Part shown: positions 25,801 through 40,500 of the stretch, piece after piece | Layout: each line of letters starts with the position of its first letter | Numbering within the stretch: the stretch's first letter is position 1 | Origin: Stylophora pistillata | Lineage: Eukaryota | Reading direction: 5' to 3' | DNA length: 64,000 nt | Assembly: GCF_002571385.2 (NCBI RefSeq) | Contig: NW_019217844.1 | Coordinates: forward strand, 335,605-399,604 | Made by a program: the position numbers and the translations under genes | The notes under the pieces: model-generated | Database searches by the model: none | What the model was told of the DNA's origin: nothing | The model's input: the letters and a program-made list of their open reading frames with translations, nothing else

Positions 25801-28800
25801 TTTCATTTTTCAGACTCTCGACTGTTTGTGACAATAGCTGTTGACTTAGTTGTGACTGGAGTTACAGAACCAGTCCGCTTCATTGTTGAAACAAAGGCCA
25901 AAATTTTTCCCAATGGAGAAAAATTCTTCTGGAGCCCCAGTAAACCAAAATTCCATGAAGTTTATGTTATGGAACTGAAGGAGGTTGGACTGTGATTTGC
26001 TGAGTTTAACTACTAAACCAGTTAATTAAGATAATTTTCCTTAATTAAGATAATCTTCCTTTACCTCTTGGTATGACGTTTTGGTATGGAACGGAAATCC
26101 ACTCACTTGCTCTAACTATTCTGATTTCATGACAGGACGGAAAATGTGTGCACGGTAAGTACCTTCTGTTGTCCCGTTGTCCGTTGTCTAAGGCTTTGTA
26201 TGGGGCAATGGAAGTTACTTACAGTGCATCCATTTTCTGTCCTGTCATGTTTATTCATTAAATGAGATTAAACATGTTATCCCCTGCCTCCACTTTTGGT
26301 TTGGTTGTTTCCTCAAAGTCTTTCTATCTTCTTTTGCTCATTTATCTGGGAATACATAGACAGAAATTTCTCCATGAGCACTGATACCTGGAGTTCTCAA
26401 TAAATCAAAATTGTGTCTGTTGTGTCGGGCCTTAAGCTAAAATTATTAAGGTGGTGTTTCCTTCCTTTTGCTACATCCTTGATAAAAAAAAAACACCATT
26501 TTAGACCTCAGAAGCAAAGAGGAAATGTCTTAAAGACTATTCATCCAGACAGAAAAGGGCTTCAATGTCATAAACTTGATGATGACAATTGTCCCTTTGA
26601 TTGTTACATGTAGATATGGAAAAAATTTTTTGTGCTGCAAAAGTTATTTTACCAGTAATTCTTGTCTTCAAGTTGAAAATCACTTATCTATTTGGCCACC
26701 ACTTAACTATATATAAGCTACTGAGGGTAAAAATGGCTTTTGTGGTATGGCTATATTGAAATACAAAGTAAAACTTTGCATCACTATGCTCCAAAGAGAA
26801 TCACTTGATGACCAAAGGCCCATGTGTAAGACATCTTGGGCTCCCAGCTTTTTAAATCTTTCGTGAAAGCAAGTCACCCAAACAAAGAGCTAATTAGACT
26901 CTTATTTGAAGAAATCAGTGTGTAATTTTTTTCTATTTGATAGGTTTTTGATACTGACACTGGAGAGAAAGGATGTGAAGTGAAAAGTATCAAAACTGAA
27001 CTGAGTTATGAAACTTCAAAAACTTTGACAAAAAGGCAGGCTACCTTGAATAGGCAAACATCTGATGGTCAGTAATACTTGTCTAACACATGCTAGATCT
27101 TCAGTTACCATGTTTATATCAGGCAATGGTTTATTTCATCCTATCCAGCCTTGAGAGTAGCTTTTTAAATGTACTCATAGTGTCTTTGATCTAAACTGAT
27201 CCATGGAACTTGATGGAGAAGGGATGTAAATCTTGCTTGGACTAATTTATTTCAATTTGTTTTTTTTTTTTTGGGGGGGGGGGGATTGAGCATTAAGAAT
27301 GGTAAATTTTAAGTTGACTCAACAAAAATAATTATGCCTTTGAGTGTGGTATTATATGACCATAATGAGTTGAACATTCCTGTTTTAGCCACAGTCATCT
27401 GTAAAAAGCTATATCTTCATTAAATCTCATGTATAGATGATGATGAAGATGATGAGCCACTGCTGTCAGGATCAGGTGCGGTGCAAAAGGAGTGTACCGA
27501 GGAAGAGCTAGGCAGCTGGTCGGATCTGTTAAACAAATGGAAGGACATCACTATTAAGCCAAGACAACTACCAGGACTTGTGAGAAAGGTGGGCTAATGT
27601 TGGGGAAAAATTGGTTATTGCGTTTTCGGTAAAATTGAAGAACAGCTTCCCAAAATATCTGTCAGCCGACTGTTGGCAAACGAAACACAGAAAACACAAC
27701 GAAAACACTACAGAAACACAATGAAAACATGGGCTCGTGCAACTTTGTGAGTCTTTGAAAAAATTTACTCGTATTGCTAAATCTAAGTAACTAAACTCTT
27801 TCCAATTTCAGTGGAACAAAATGTGTCAGTCAGATACTACACATCAAGTTCACATAAATGAAGATCGATATGGCCAATAATGCCTCGCACTCAAAATTTA
27901 CCTCTATCGCGTGGTGTTCATTAAAATTCATTTTGAGGTAATTGTGAAAGTTCAAACTTACCAAGATTACAGTCTGTTTACTTGTTTCTGAATTTGTTTT
28001 CATTATGTTGGCCAACTGTCGGTGAACAGTCGGCCGACAGATATTTTGGGGAGCTCTTCTTCAATTTTACTGCATTTTCAAGGAATTGGTGAAAGAATTT
28101 TGAAACATGATCTCTCATGTTCTTTCCATTTCTGGAAGCTTGCAATTTAGCATTTTATATTTAAGGGGAGATTCATCTGCCAAAAGTGCAATATCAAAAT
28201 CTGAGGACATACTTTTTGCCCAAGTTGCAGGGTGTCTGCAAAAATGGGATAACTGCTGAGCGAGAATCTGCTGTAATGCCAATAGGACCAAGTCTAGACT
28301 TTGTTATTATGAATGAGTTATATTGCACAATAGGTAAGCTACATACTTAGTAAACTTATTTTTTTCAACTTAGGGCATACCAGATCCTCTCCGTGGACAA
28401 GTTTGGCAAATGATGGCTGGTGTGAAGGAAAATGATGAACTCATCGAGGGTTATAAACATTTCATTAAGAAGGTAGACCAATGAGTGTTTTAATTCTTCC
28501 AGCTTATCCAAGCACACTTTCAAGAAAAGAAGTTTTGAGAATTGTGGAAGTGCCTGATCTTTGGGACGATAATGTGGTAACACACAGTGTGACACACATG
28601 TAATTGGACATGTCACACAAAACTCTTCCTTGACAAATAAAGAACTCTGAAATCTCTCTTTTTTTTTTTAAGGAATCTCCAACAGAACAGGTGATCAAGT
28701 GGGACATTCACCGTACCTTCCCAGCACATGAGTACTTTAAAAGCACTGGAGGAGAGGGTCAGGAGACATTGTATAAAATCAGTAAAGTAAGCCTTTTTTT

Positions 28801-31800
28801 GTGGCTACTGTCTCCTATGGGAGGTAGGATTGATCTGATTTTGACCCAATGTATCCCAGTCAGTAGTAGTTCGACATTCGCACTTGATACACGGTTGAGT
28901 TCTCTCCTTTTGTGATTTCTGGATTATAGCCACTAGCACATTATGTCTTCAGTTCTTGCCGTGGCACTATGGAAGACAGCAGAAAGCAATAGTCATCTCA
29001 CAATCATTTCAAGATTGCATGCAATTTAAAACAGATGTTTTACTTGCAGAAATATCTTTTAAGGTGTGATTGGTGCATCATAAAATGTGGGGGAAAATTT
29101 TTTTCTTTGAAGAGAGAGCATTTTACCTTTTACACACTTCACAATGTTATAGGACTAAGCTGTAGAGTGTGTGCTGCTGTTGACCTGTTACCATTCTCTG
29201 TTAGGCCTACTCTGTTTACGATGAGGAGGTGGGTTACTGTCAAGGACTGTCATTCCTGTCAGCAGTGCTTCTGTTACATGTAAGTATTACATTCTGGGTA
29301 TCATTATTTCGAGAAGATACTGTACAATAGCTCCACAATAGCTCATTATCAGAGTGAGGCTGAAGGTGACCTTGTTGTGATAGAGACCTGTATCTACTTA
29401 GCATGATAACAAAGTGATTTACATTTGAAGGGCAGCAAGGTTTGTATCATAACAAGGTCAACCCTAGCCTCACTCCCATTCAAAGGCTTGGCAACCAAGC
29501 ACACAACTGTAAAATGGACTATTCTTAAAGTGTTTCTTGGAACAGAAACCAGAATTAAGTTCTACAGAAGCCAGAGTTAAGTTCTCCCTTTTTTACTTAT
29601 GGTTAGACTTAAACATAAACTTTACCCTATTGGTTGCCAATGTTGTAACCTGTTGTGTTATATAAAAATGACTTTGAAAGTTAAGTGTCATTTTGTGTAG
29701 ATTACATCTGTGAAAATTTTTGGTTCTTTTGTCAGCTTCCAGAGGAGCAAGCATTTGCACTGTTGGTGAAGATAATGAGTGATTATGGGCTAAGAGATAT
29801 TTTCAAACACGAGTTTGAGCAGTTGCATCTGAAGTTTTTCCAGCTGGACAGAATGATTGAGGTGAGACTTTATCCTGTCCAATAAGGCTATTTTGAATTT
29901 CTGGAATACCGACTGACTTGTACTCAGTCATTTTATACATTGTTGTATAATCAAAGTGAGTGAAAGTAGTAACACGTAGTACAAGACTGAGTGGACGCCA
30001 TTTTGTTTCCTAGGACTCGATGCCAGACCTCCACAGCCATTTTCAGTATAATGATATAGAGACCCACATGTATGCCTCGCAGTGGTTTCTGACTTTGTTT
30101 ACGGCCAGGTTTCCATTATCAATGGTGTACTGTATCATGGATCTCTTCCTATGTCATGTAAGTCAGAATGTGGTTTAAGATATATAGAATCCATTTCGAT
30201 TGAGTGGCCAACTGGAACCAAAGAATTAAGAGGAATTTTCGATAAAGCTTGGGAAGTTATTCGGGATTGTTTCGGTTTGGTCTTACCACACTCTGTGATT
30301 TGCACAAAAAATTCCCACTCACTCACAAAACTAAAACCAATCGTGGCTCCCTCCCATTGGCTTATTCTGATATTTATCCTTTGTTCGGATTGGCTATTGA
30401 GATTACTTCCGATTTGGCTTTACGTAACTCTACAGAAAAGCGCTCTTACATAAGAACTTGAAGTTAAGACAAGCAAACTACTTGGGGTGCGGGAAAACCC
30501 AAGTTACCAAGGAGTGACTGATTTTAGTTTTGTATTTAATTGGCTTGGAGGATTGCCGAATTTTAAAGACGAACTACTGTATGCAGAGAAGCAAACTCAT
30601 ACAATTTCGAATTAGTGTAGATGCTCAATTGAAAACTGCTCTAGTGACCAAGAAAGAAAGGAAAGGCAGAAAAGAAAGGGAAAAAATGGCCAATTTTTTT
30701 TGGAGAATTGACTAAGGAATCTATCGAGTCTGGTTTTTGATTGGGATGTTGCTGAGCAGCTCCACAGCATTTAACAGATGAAACAGCATGTGTTGTGCCG
30801 CTATTTTCTTCGCCTGGTTGGACATTTATAGTCGAACATTTTTGGATACTAGCGAAATGCCTGTCAAACCTAGAGCGTTATCCTGTGAATCTTAAATAAT
30901 GTACATATACTTGCTCTTTTAGTTGGATTGCGTAAACCTTTTATTTCATTGTCTTTTTCTTAATTTTCCAGGGAATGAGAGTTATTTTTCAAGTAGCTTT
31001 AGGCCTTCTCAAGGTACGAAGTCTCTGTATATGTTTGTTTTCTCGAGTTCGTGTAACCCTGTGACTGTTAGTTCTTCCCTCTAGCTACTGCACACTTTCT
31101 TGCGAATTAGTTATGAGAATTTGGTGTTAGATTAAGATAATACATTTTAGTGTTCTCATTACCCAATTGCTAGATAATGTATTATCTTCCTGAAGATTTC
31201 TGAAGACTGTGATTTTTTGTCGTGAATTTTAAAGTTGGTTTTTTTTTTTTCCTGAGCTACCTCTGTCACTCCGAATCATATGCACAAAGTTTTAAAAAAA
31301 CCTTTGCAGTAACATGAATTATGACGCGCTGACTGAAATTTACTGGTAAAAATGGGAATCATGGACTCGTTTTTTAGTTACGAAAACATAGTGTTGCTAT
31401 GTTATCCATTATTTGAAAAAGTTATTGATCACAACTTTTTGTAATTTTTTGGATACCAAAGCCACGATCCCTTAAGAATTGGCGTTTAAAATCACGAAAC
31501 CATTTTGACCACCTTAGGATATTTTATATCGCTGATTAATTCGGCTACAATTGCCTTATTCTGTAACAGGCCTCTCGTAGGGAACTCATCCAAATGGATT
31601 TTGAGGCCATACTAAAGTACTTCAGAGTGTCCATGCCGAAAAAGTACCTAGACGAAGACGAGTACAAGAGACTCATAACCTCTGCTCTAAGCTTTCGGGT
31701 ATGAAGTTTTGTTCCGTAAATTAAATTTGCTAATTTTTATATAAATGGATACCTCTGTGTGTGCATCTGGGAACGACTTTTAATACTCGTTTGAAAATTG

Positions 31801-33567
31801 GTGCAATGTTTAGAGATGATTGTTTTTTTTTTTTTGCTTTTTTTTTTTAAGCTTTCTCTCTGAAATTATTATCCGGTGTAAATTTCAGGTGACAGAGAAA
31901 AAGATGAAGAAATACGAAAAGGAGTACTTACTGAAGAAGGAACAGGAGGCACAGCTCGAAGACCCCGTTGAGAGGCTAACAGTAAGTTCCAGGTTTTGAA
32001 TGTTGTATTTTTGAGATCTTTTGTCGGCTTCAGTGTTGCCTGACTGATCCCCCCTCTCTTTCTTCTACAGCGTGAAAACAAGAGGTTCTTTGAAGACAAC
32101 TTGAGACTTGAACAAGAAAACGATAGCCTTGCCCACGAGTTGGTTAGTACCAAAGTAGAACTTCACAGCAAGCTGGCAGAGGTATTTTCGCTTTATCTCG
32201 ACTGGTTATTTTTGCTTTTACATCCTGATATTTTTCCACTTTTATTATAATTTTTTTTCATCCTGTAGCTCCTTTATTTACATTTGTAACACTGAGCGCC
32301 TTTCTAGCTTTTAACGACGTTCCTAACGTGATGAAATTTGCCTTTGGATTGTATATGATTTTCAAATTTAAAAGTTTTGCAACACTTTTCTATCTCAAGC
32401 CTCGGTTAGTTTTAAATTGCTATGATTCTCTAGTAGCAGATATAAGATAAAAGGATTTCCTGAGATTCTTACTCCCGTCAAATCACGTTTTTCTATCGCC
32501 CTTCTGTTCATTAGGCAGAAGAAAAAGTGGAAGAGTTGTCCAAGGCTCTGAGCAACGCGACCATCTCGCTGGTCGAATCAGAGGATCAAAGGGAAAAACT
32601 GGAAGTCGAGGGGTCTCAGGTAAACGAAATGAAACTCTATTTAACCAAATGTCGGCGTCACACATGACAGACTGATACACTTTTGTAATTCGTCAGGTCA
32701 AAGAAATGTATCGGCAGACCATTGAGCAGGCTGAGGAGGATAAGAAACGGCATATCACTGTCATTGAACAGTACAAAAAGGTCAGTATTGATGTCAGGAG
32801 CGACATAGTTTCTTTCTGTAGTCAATACTTTTTTTTTTAGTAGTCAATAACTGCTTTTTGCTTGTTCCACATTGTAGATTTGCAAAGAAAAGGAGGAAAG
32901 AAGCGAAGAGCTGAAGGAAGATTTGCGGCTGGAACTCTTGGAAGTCAAGGTATTTGTTTTTCTCCTATAGACCTCTTTCATGTTCGAAAAAGTGTAGCGC
33001 AACTGGACGACAGAAGAAAAGAAATTCATAACTGGTGGAAATAAAAATCCGAGGCACTTCTTACTGTTTTTTCATTCAGTTTAGGTTTATCAGCAGAGAT
33101 TTGAAATGAACCTCAACAGAGTACTTTCAATTGCTAAAAAATTCCTCTTTGCACTATCATTTTAGTGTCTTCCACAGACGTTTCACAAACATCTGATATG
33201 CTTTTAGCTTCTCTTAGTCGCCCTCAGGCATTTACTGTTCAGAATTACTTCAAAACCTTTCACAAATTATCTTTTCCAGAGACGAATAGGGTCATGTGAA
33301 AACTGCTCCGCTCTCTTCTCGGAGGAAGGTCACGTGTCACTGGAGGCTGGCGGAATCGCTGCATTCAAGACAAGTGTGAAGCTTGTAGATTCCGAGCAGT
33401 GCCTCAGGGAACTGGAACTGGAGCTTGCGCAAACGAAGCTTTCTCTGGTGGAGGCCGAATGTCGTTCTCAGGAGTTAGAGCATAGGCTGGCGGCCATTGA
33501 GGCGGCGACTGGTGAAAGCAAACCCTGGTTCAAGAGAATTAGTTTGGTGAAGGATGCCGGGAAGTGA
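19848..33567 (+). CDS. RABGAP1: Rab GTPase-activating protein 1 (-like): PTB domain, TBC domain, coiled coil
   Basis: 21 GT-AG exons: 19848-20798, 22250-22300, 22796-23022, 24054-24120, 25129-25231, 25814-25983, 26944-27067, 27437-27588, 28374-28472, 28673-28786, 29205-29279, 29736-29861, 30014-30157, 30972-31013, 31570-31698, 31889-31981, 32071-32181, 32515-32619, 32697-32780, 32878-32949, 33280-33567. Total 3327 nt (1108 aa). PTB motifs [23 protein letters not shown]; DEPLLSGSG; TBC motifs [21 protein letters not shown] (Arg finger), GYCQG (Gln finger), [11 protein letters not shown]. Confidence 0.93.
21475..22085 (+). mobile_element. Degenerate tRNA-derived SINE interrupted by a palindromic element
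   Basis: 21475-21672 and ~21995-22085 resemble successive parts of the SINE at 49341-49628. Confidence 0.55.
21687..21993. mobile_element. Double-palindrome non-autonomous element
   Basis: Hairpin at 21687-21826, then an arm bounded by the perfect 13-bp inverted repeat TTATTACACGACT / AGTCGTGTAATAA. Confidence 0.7.
23197..23563. repeat. ~100-bp tandem repeat (at least 3.6 copies) derived from a TTAA-MITE arm, running into an N gap
   Basis: GATTGTTAA recurs at 23197, 23298, 23398 and 23498; the gap spans 23564-24012. Confidence 0.85.
27627..28072. mobile_element. MITE with ~45-bp TIRs
   Basis: CGGTAAAATTGAAGAACAGCTTCCCAAAATATCTGTCAGCCGACTGTT ... AACAGTCGGCCGACAGATATTTTGGGGAGCTCTTCTTCAATTTTACTG. 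Confidence 0.75.
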
Positions 33568-36500
33568 ATGATGGTCATGCAGTGATGAATTAAGCTCGTT
33601 TTTTGTTAAACGACGATAACACTTTTTTTTTTTACTGTATAACTCATTTTCTTGGTGCATCAAGAGCTTCTGGCTATTTTGAGTAATGTACTTCAACAGT
33701 GCATAACAGAAACGTTTCTTTTCCTTTTTTTTATTCGTTTTATTTGTTTGTTTGTTCGTTTTTTTTAACGAGACGGTCTTAGTTGTCGCCGTGAAAGAAA
33801 TAGTTTCTGTCCTCTGTTAATACGTAACTTAATGATGTAAATTCTTCCAATAGGGGAACCTCAGACAACAGAAAGTGAAGGATTTTTTTGGGTTCAAAGT
33901 ATGCTTCAACTCGTTCCCAGAACCCACCTTATGTCGCGGAAAGACCATGAAAACAATGTTATCCTAGAAAGCTTTGTCCCTGGAAGGTCTCTTCCTAAAC
34001 TTGACTCGAGGACAGCAGTAGTTATAGTATTTCTTCCTTTTTGGTTGCCCGACAACCACAAATTTAATTGAATTGTGTTAGTGCCAGCTTGAAATAGAAA
34101 AATTTTTCCTCACAAAGTTTCCTACGGAGAAATGATGATAAGAAGTTACTTAAACTGATTTAAAATTCCCGCCTGGAAAATGGCTTTTAAAACGAAGAAG
34201 TCAAACAGTATTTTTTGGTGTTCTTGTAGCTTTTATGGAAAAAAATAGCATTTGAATTTTTTCCGTCTTCTCTGTGAGATGAATACGATTATGGATATGT
34301 TATTGCGAAAATTCTGTACATAGACGATCGTAGTGACATTAATTGAGTATTTTAAAGTTTTGTTAGTTCTTGCGTCATTTATTTCTGCAAGTTTTCTCCT
34401 TAGCGACTTCATTTGGAAAATAATATATCACTTAAGATCAATAACTTACTAAATAGTTGGGATATGTAAAAAAATTGCTGGTGAAATACAAGGGGTTAAA
34501 TGTTGTTGACGCGAATAAACAGACGCTTCTGTTTAGAGGTATTTCGCTTCTTCGTTTCACGTTGGCTATGTCGTTTCATTACATGTGTAAAACGCTAAAA
34601 AAGGTTGCGCATGTGGTAGGATTTAACCTGAAAGGGAGCTGCATCCTCAAAGACGTATAAGAAGCTGGTTTCCGTGAAGGAGTTATGTCCTACTCAAAGT
34701 CAGAGGAAAAGGATTGCGGATTGCAAGCTTAAAAGCAGCAAAAGGATCTGTCTATTCCCGCTCGAACGCATTTTGGTAATTTACTTTTCCAGTAAATGGA
34801 AGTGCTCGTATATGCGTAAATCGTGGTGATGGAAACAAGTGCTACTAAACTTCACAGCACACGGTTACTTTTGCTCTGCAGTGTATTTTAATTCACCGTG
34901 TTTTCAATGCGTTCTCTGAAATAAGAGATCAACCATTCGGGAAATTTCTATCGGTCTGAACTTTTCTTTTACTAGATATGATGAAAAATCCGACTTTTTA
35001 CCTTGAAAATGGGGGGTCGACTTACTTATACACGAATGAATTCGACTTATGATGCACGGGTAAATACGGTAATTGTATTACGTGCTTTGACAGAACAATA
35101 GAATTAGATGCAAGTGGACTCGAGTGCCAGTTTTAAACGATATGAAGTCAGTTAGCAATGATTATAACTGAAACCAACATTTTTGATAAATAAGGCTGTT
35201 TTTTTTTTTACACAAAACAAGAAAATCCAAGTTTTCTTGTGTGTTTGAAGTCAATGTTCAAAAGGGTAAATAACTAATAATAAAATATTTAATTAAACAA
35301 CAAATCGTAACAATTGAATTCTCTTGACAGGTTATTAAATCAGGGTGAGCTAAGAGCATGTTGAAATGTTCCTAAGTGTTTATCTCGGAAACATTTTAGG
35401 CTAATTTGAAGATGTGGTAATGGACAGGTCAGATTGAATTTTTTTATTTCTCCCATTGAAATATAGCTAGAGTTTTGAAAGGTGATGCATCTAAGGCACA
35501 CTACGCTGATTAGATAACCAAAGTCTTCGACTCTTTGGGCTTTTGGGAACTTAAAAGGCCATCTCTCCAGGGTAAAATCACAGTGCTTACGAGCCTGACT
35601 GTCAGTCGGAAAGAGATGGTAACCTGTTTGTAATCTCTTGCTCTCAACTAGTTAACCGAGTTAATTTTTCCATGAAAAGTGCGAAGGAGTGAATTTTATT
35701 CATTAGCTGCTATCCCCCCTTCCCCCCCAAAAAAAACAACAAAACAAGAGAAACAATTTTCTGTTTTAATTTCTCTCTTTTTAAGTGACCTTTATTGTTA
35801 TCTATTCTTGTTTTTCTTTTTTACAATTTCCCACCTCTGATTTAAACATGTTGAACGACAGTGTAATAATGTAATAATAATGATGAGAACATTAATAATG
35901 TTATTTATCTAGGGAGCTTACATCACTAGAGGTATTATTCATTGAGGCCCTGCAATACAATATTTAATATAAAATAGTTAAAACCATTAATAGTTAAAAA
36001 GTACGGTGTTATAATCTTCAATAAAGTAAAAGGATAAAATCGAGTTAAAAAACTACGGTCTACAGGGCCGGCGCTAAGAAAGTAAAGGTAATCTCAAGTT
36101 ACGTATTGATTTGTCAAGACTGATCCACTGCGCCGGTCCTTGATAAAAGGCCTTGTCAAACTCTCGGTTTATAAAAACTGTTTTTCCCTCATGACGTTCA
36201 TGTTTGATTCAGCAGCATTACTGCTAGTTACTCTTTGGGTTGAACAGATTAGTCTCAAACAGGTTGTGTATAGCTTTACCCCGATCTGATATTGATCCTT
36301 GGAAACGAAACAGGACAAAGTAAAGGTAAAACCAAACTAATAAAACGAGTCTTAAACGAAGTTTTGACGCCCTGGGTGATTTAATTGGCGCGTAATCCCG
36401 ATAGAAAGTACGTAATTCCTCGTGAGCATGAGCCGAATTCAAATCTCATCCGGAGGGAATTTTTGGCCCTCAAACCAATTATATTTTATTCGAGCTGCAT

Positions 36501-36706
36501 TCTAGAAAAAACCCACCGAACAAGATGGTGAGTAAATAAGATTGCTCCAGTCTTTACATGCGGCCTTGTCAAAAGTCTTTCGGTGCAAAAAGCCGTCCGC
36601 GTACAAAAGTTTTTCGTGACTTATATGCTAAAAGTCTCTTTCCTTCGTTTACTTTTTCCTTCGTTTACTTTATTTAAACGGAAGCGGGCCAGCACATGGA
36701 CTTCTG

Positions 36707-36962
36707 ATTGGCTCTCGGATGTGCTCACACGTCTATAAATAACGGTGAGGTCGCCTCGATCTTGTGCTGGCATGGAAACTTCTTACGCTTGACTGTCAAA
36801 TACTCGAGCGCTTGATCGTTGTTTGATTGTGCAGTACATTGGTCGCGAAAAGTAGAATGTTATAAAACCGCTCAATAGCAATAGAGCTCTTCAGTGCCGT
36901 TGCTTTGGCAATGTTAGCGCTGGTGGTGGTGCGAATGATTTTAGCGTGTGGGTTTTAACGGG
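36707..36962 (+). promoter_or_regulatory. Putative crumbs core promoter and non-coding first exon
   Basis: Reverse CCAAT (ATTGG) at 36707, TATAAAT at 36734, and a strong donor G|GTAAGT at 36962/3 with no compatible coding frame. Confidence 0.5.
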
Positions 36963-37532
36963 GTAAGTGTGAAGAAGTATACGATCGTGTTATGCTGTCG
37001 GTGACTTTTCAAACGAAATCAGAGCTTGGTGAAGGTCTTTAGGCTTTTAAAACCCTTAGAAAACTGATTGACTGGGGGATCTTGGTAAAGTGAATGGTGG
37101 TTTAGGAAGCTTTTCTTTAAAAGTTGTCGGTAGGTGTCGTTTCTAAAGGAAGAATGCTTCAGCACAGCTCCGAGTACTTCAAAACTTGATAAGGAAGATA
37201 GTATTACAGCCTGTTCGGGAGTAACGAGAGAGATCGTATTTTTATAATTTAAGATTCATCTATTAGTTTGTAGCGGTAGAACCAGACCCTTAGTAACAAA
37301 CATAACAGCTAGATTCTCTAATTTGTATCTTTCTTCGTCTTCTACAAGATTCTATGAACGTTTCTTGTAATCTGTAATTTATCGAGGATATGTTACTATT
37401 TAATTGTGTTATATTATGAGAGTTTAAAAGAAAGCTCCAAGGTTGGAAAGCGATACAGATAAATAACTTAACGGCTTTCATTGCATATGCTAACCATGCA
37501 GGTATTCTGAAATATAGAGACTCGATGGAGAC

Positions 37533-40500
37533 ATGATCAAACATAAGAGCGGAACACGTAACTTGCCTTGGATCCTTTGGCTGACTATTTTCACCACTGG
37601 TATGTTTGGCTATATTGACTCCATGTATTATTTTGGATGATATGCGAGAATCCGGACTTTTCCCAGAGATTATAAGGGTATTTATCTTTAAGTGGAACAA
37701 GGAAGTTATCGTCGCAAATTAATGAAACACACCAGAATTAATGCAAAGCCTGCATGGTCATGTTCAGGATTCAAAGTCTTAATCTTCATGAAATTTATAC
37801 TGATGCTTGCAAGGTGATCTTTTTAAGCAAAGCTGATAGGTTAACCTTTCTCGCTCTAACATTAGAATTCATTCTCTGCACTGTTCTTTTAATATTAACA
37901 ACGGTGTTGACAAGGAGAATTCATTCGAAAATCAGAAACTTCTTAAATGGGTGATTATTACCTCTATTCTCCTTACATTTTATATTTGATTCAAGGATGA
38001 TATTGTAAGGAGAGAAATAGAAGCCAGTCACTCTTAAGCACAGACTGCTTTGCAGCCATTTCTGGAGTTGTCATGCCAGGTGAATAACTCCCCCAGAAAA
38101 GGCTGCTCATATTCTAACTGCAGTCCATTCAGGATTTTGACCAATCAGCATTTACTTACCATATTCTGGAAAGTGTCTGCACCAAAACGTGCTAACCAAT
38201 CACAGGCCTCAACTTATCTACTCAAAGCAGTCTATCTTACTGTCAGTTGACTAGGGAAAGCTTCTAGCGCAAGTCCGTATGGATGACTTCGAATAGGAGA
38301 CACACCAACAGAACCAATAGGAAATCTTGCCTGAGTATAACGTACCTGTTGGCTGATCGCGGTAGAAATAGTAGAATTGGCTGTAGCATTAGAAGTACAA
38401 GTGGCATTGATCAGATTGAATTGTAAACATTTCGAGGATTTCCGACAGCATGAAGCTTGGATTTCTCCACTGTCACTCTCAATGTTCAATAAGCGCTTCG
38501 TTCTGGGAAGTTTGTGATCCTTGGAGATTTCCTTCAATTCATCTTTGAGCTCTTTAAGATGATCAGAGTTCTTTTTGAACTTGATCAATTGTCGGTAGCA
38601 AGCTTTACAAACTGACAACTCGCTAGTCGCTGAATAGCAGCTCATATTCACATCCAGACAGGAACTAATAGTCACTGGAAAATCAAAAGAACTTTTTCCA
38701 AAAACAAATTTTTTCTTTTTTCTCAACTGAAGTGGAACAAATAAAGCAACAATCACTTTGCAAAACCTTATTTGGCGTTTCCTCCATCAAGAAACTACGA
38801 TCAAATGCAGAATTTGAAAACACGGGAAAAACGATATTGATTACAATCTCTTGTGCTCTGATTGGTCACATAAGAAACAATGTCAGTGATCTCATTGCTG
38901 CAAAGACAACAGAGGGAAAGCAATGTTGTTCGAATGTGAACAGCCGTTTGTGGGGAGGAGAGTTGCGTGACGAGACTAAAAACAGCTGCGAGGGAGACTA
39001 TCTTAAGCAAGGCTGTGCTCTAAGAAAAATTGAAGGGAGCACAATGCTCTGAAACTGTGAAATCCAGGGTGCCCAGCACATGCTTTTCATTTAAATTAAT
39101 TTATTAGATTCGCCGACAGGGAGGGACACCGCAACAGCTTGTGCCAATTACTGCGGGCCCAGTAAACCCACCCATCCCACCCCAGGGGAGGACATCCACC
39201 ACACAGTAATCTCGTGCGTGGGAAATTAATGTCTCCTACCCCTAACCCTGCAGGAGATGGGGCCTACAGTTTATTCGTCCTTATCCGAGAAGACTAGAAT
39301 ATCTATCCATTTCTTGATATTATAGAAAAGTAGCAAATTCTCCTCAGTTATTTTAAGACCATGAGTATTGGTCTGGCTGGGGCTCGAACCCTTGACCTCC
39401 TGCACAACACAATCCGGCGCTCTAACCAATTGAGCTAACCGTGGGGCGGTTATGAAAAAACTAAGATTCCTGAGTTGCCTAAGAGCAAAAGTGAGGTGCC
39501 AGGGGCCAGTGGGTGCTGCTAGACCACAGCTCTGCTTATGGTTGAAAGAGTTTAAGGATTTAATCTCAGTAACATATATATATATATATATTTTTGCTAT
39601 ATTTTGATTGGAGGAGGTTCAACACAGATTCCCCTGAAATGATTACTCCTAAAATATCATTCTCTGCAATCTGTTGAATTTGTCTGCAGCTTATTTTGGT
39701 GGATCAAAACAATTTTCTTATTGAAAAATAATCATTACCACACTAATTTCAATTTTACAACCACATTCCTAAGCCAAGGTGGCTTCAATTCTAAGCACTG
39801 AGGGGTTTGGTGATCCATTTGTAATTTCCATTGCAAGGACTCAGTTTTTTGGAGAAAGGAGAAAATTAGAGAGGGTGTAAGAAAAACTTGAAAAAAAATT
39901 AACAAAGTGATTAGTCTAATTATCTTTGCTTGGTTCTTGAACATCATTACATTTTTTAGTAGAAAATCATATCTCCTTTGTAGAATTAAACTTTAAAATC
40001 TGTTGTGTTATATTTCACCCTTCAGATTGGCACATTGTCATTGGTCAGCAATGTGCCTCCAATCCTTGCTACTCTAATGGAACTTGTACCGATATTGGTA
40101 TTAATAACTACACTTGTAGCTGTCCATCTGGTTTCACAGGTAGAGTTATATTTCATTACTGCTTATCGCAACCTTTGAGAGTTGAAATCACTTACCATTA
40201 GGTCCTCAATATTCCCACACAAGGTGAAGCTGAGAATTGAGTTAAAAGGGTGTTGAGGGTCACACACTTAATTAAAGTTTTATCCAGTTTCAGTAACTTC
40301 CATGTTGTATGATATGCTCACATTTGGTTTAGCCATTATTCCTTTTTCTATTAATTTTTTTTTTCTTTTAAAACTACCTTAGGGAAAAGATGTGAAGCTG
40401 TGATCAACATGTGTCATTTTAACCTGTGCCAAAATAATGCTGTGTGTCAGAGATTTCAGACAGGGGGGTATCAGTGTATTTGTCATGCTGGATTTACAGG

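Noticed and set aside
26129-26250. 19-nt RABGAP1 micro-exon with a GTAAGT donor
   Set aside because: It would break the frame and lies within a small inverted-repeat element.
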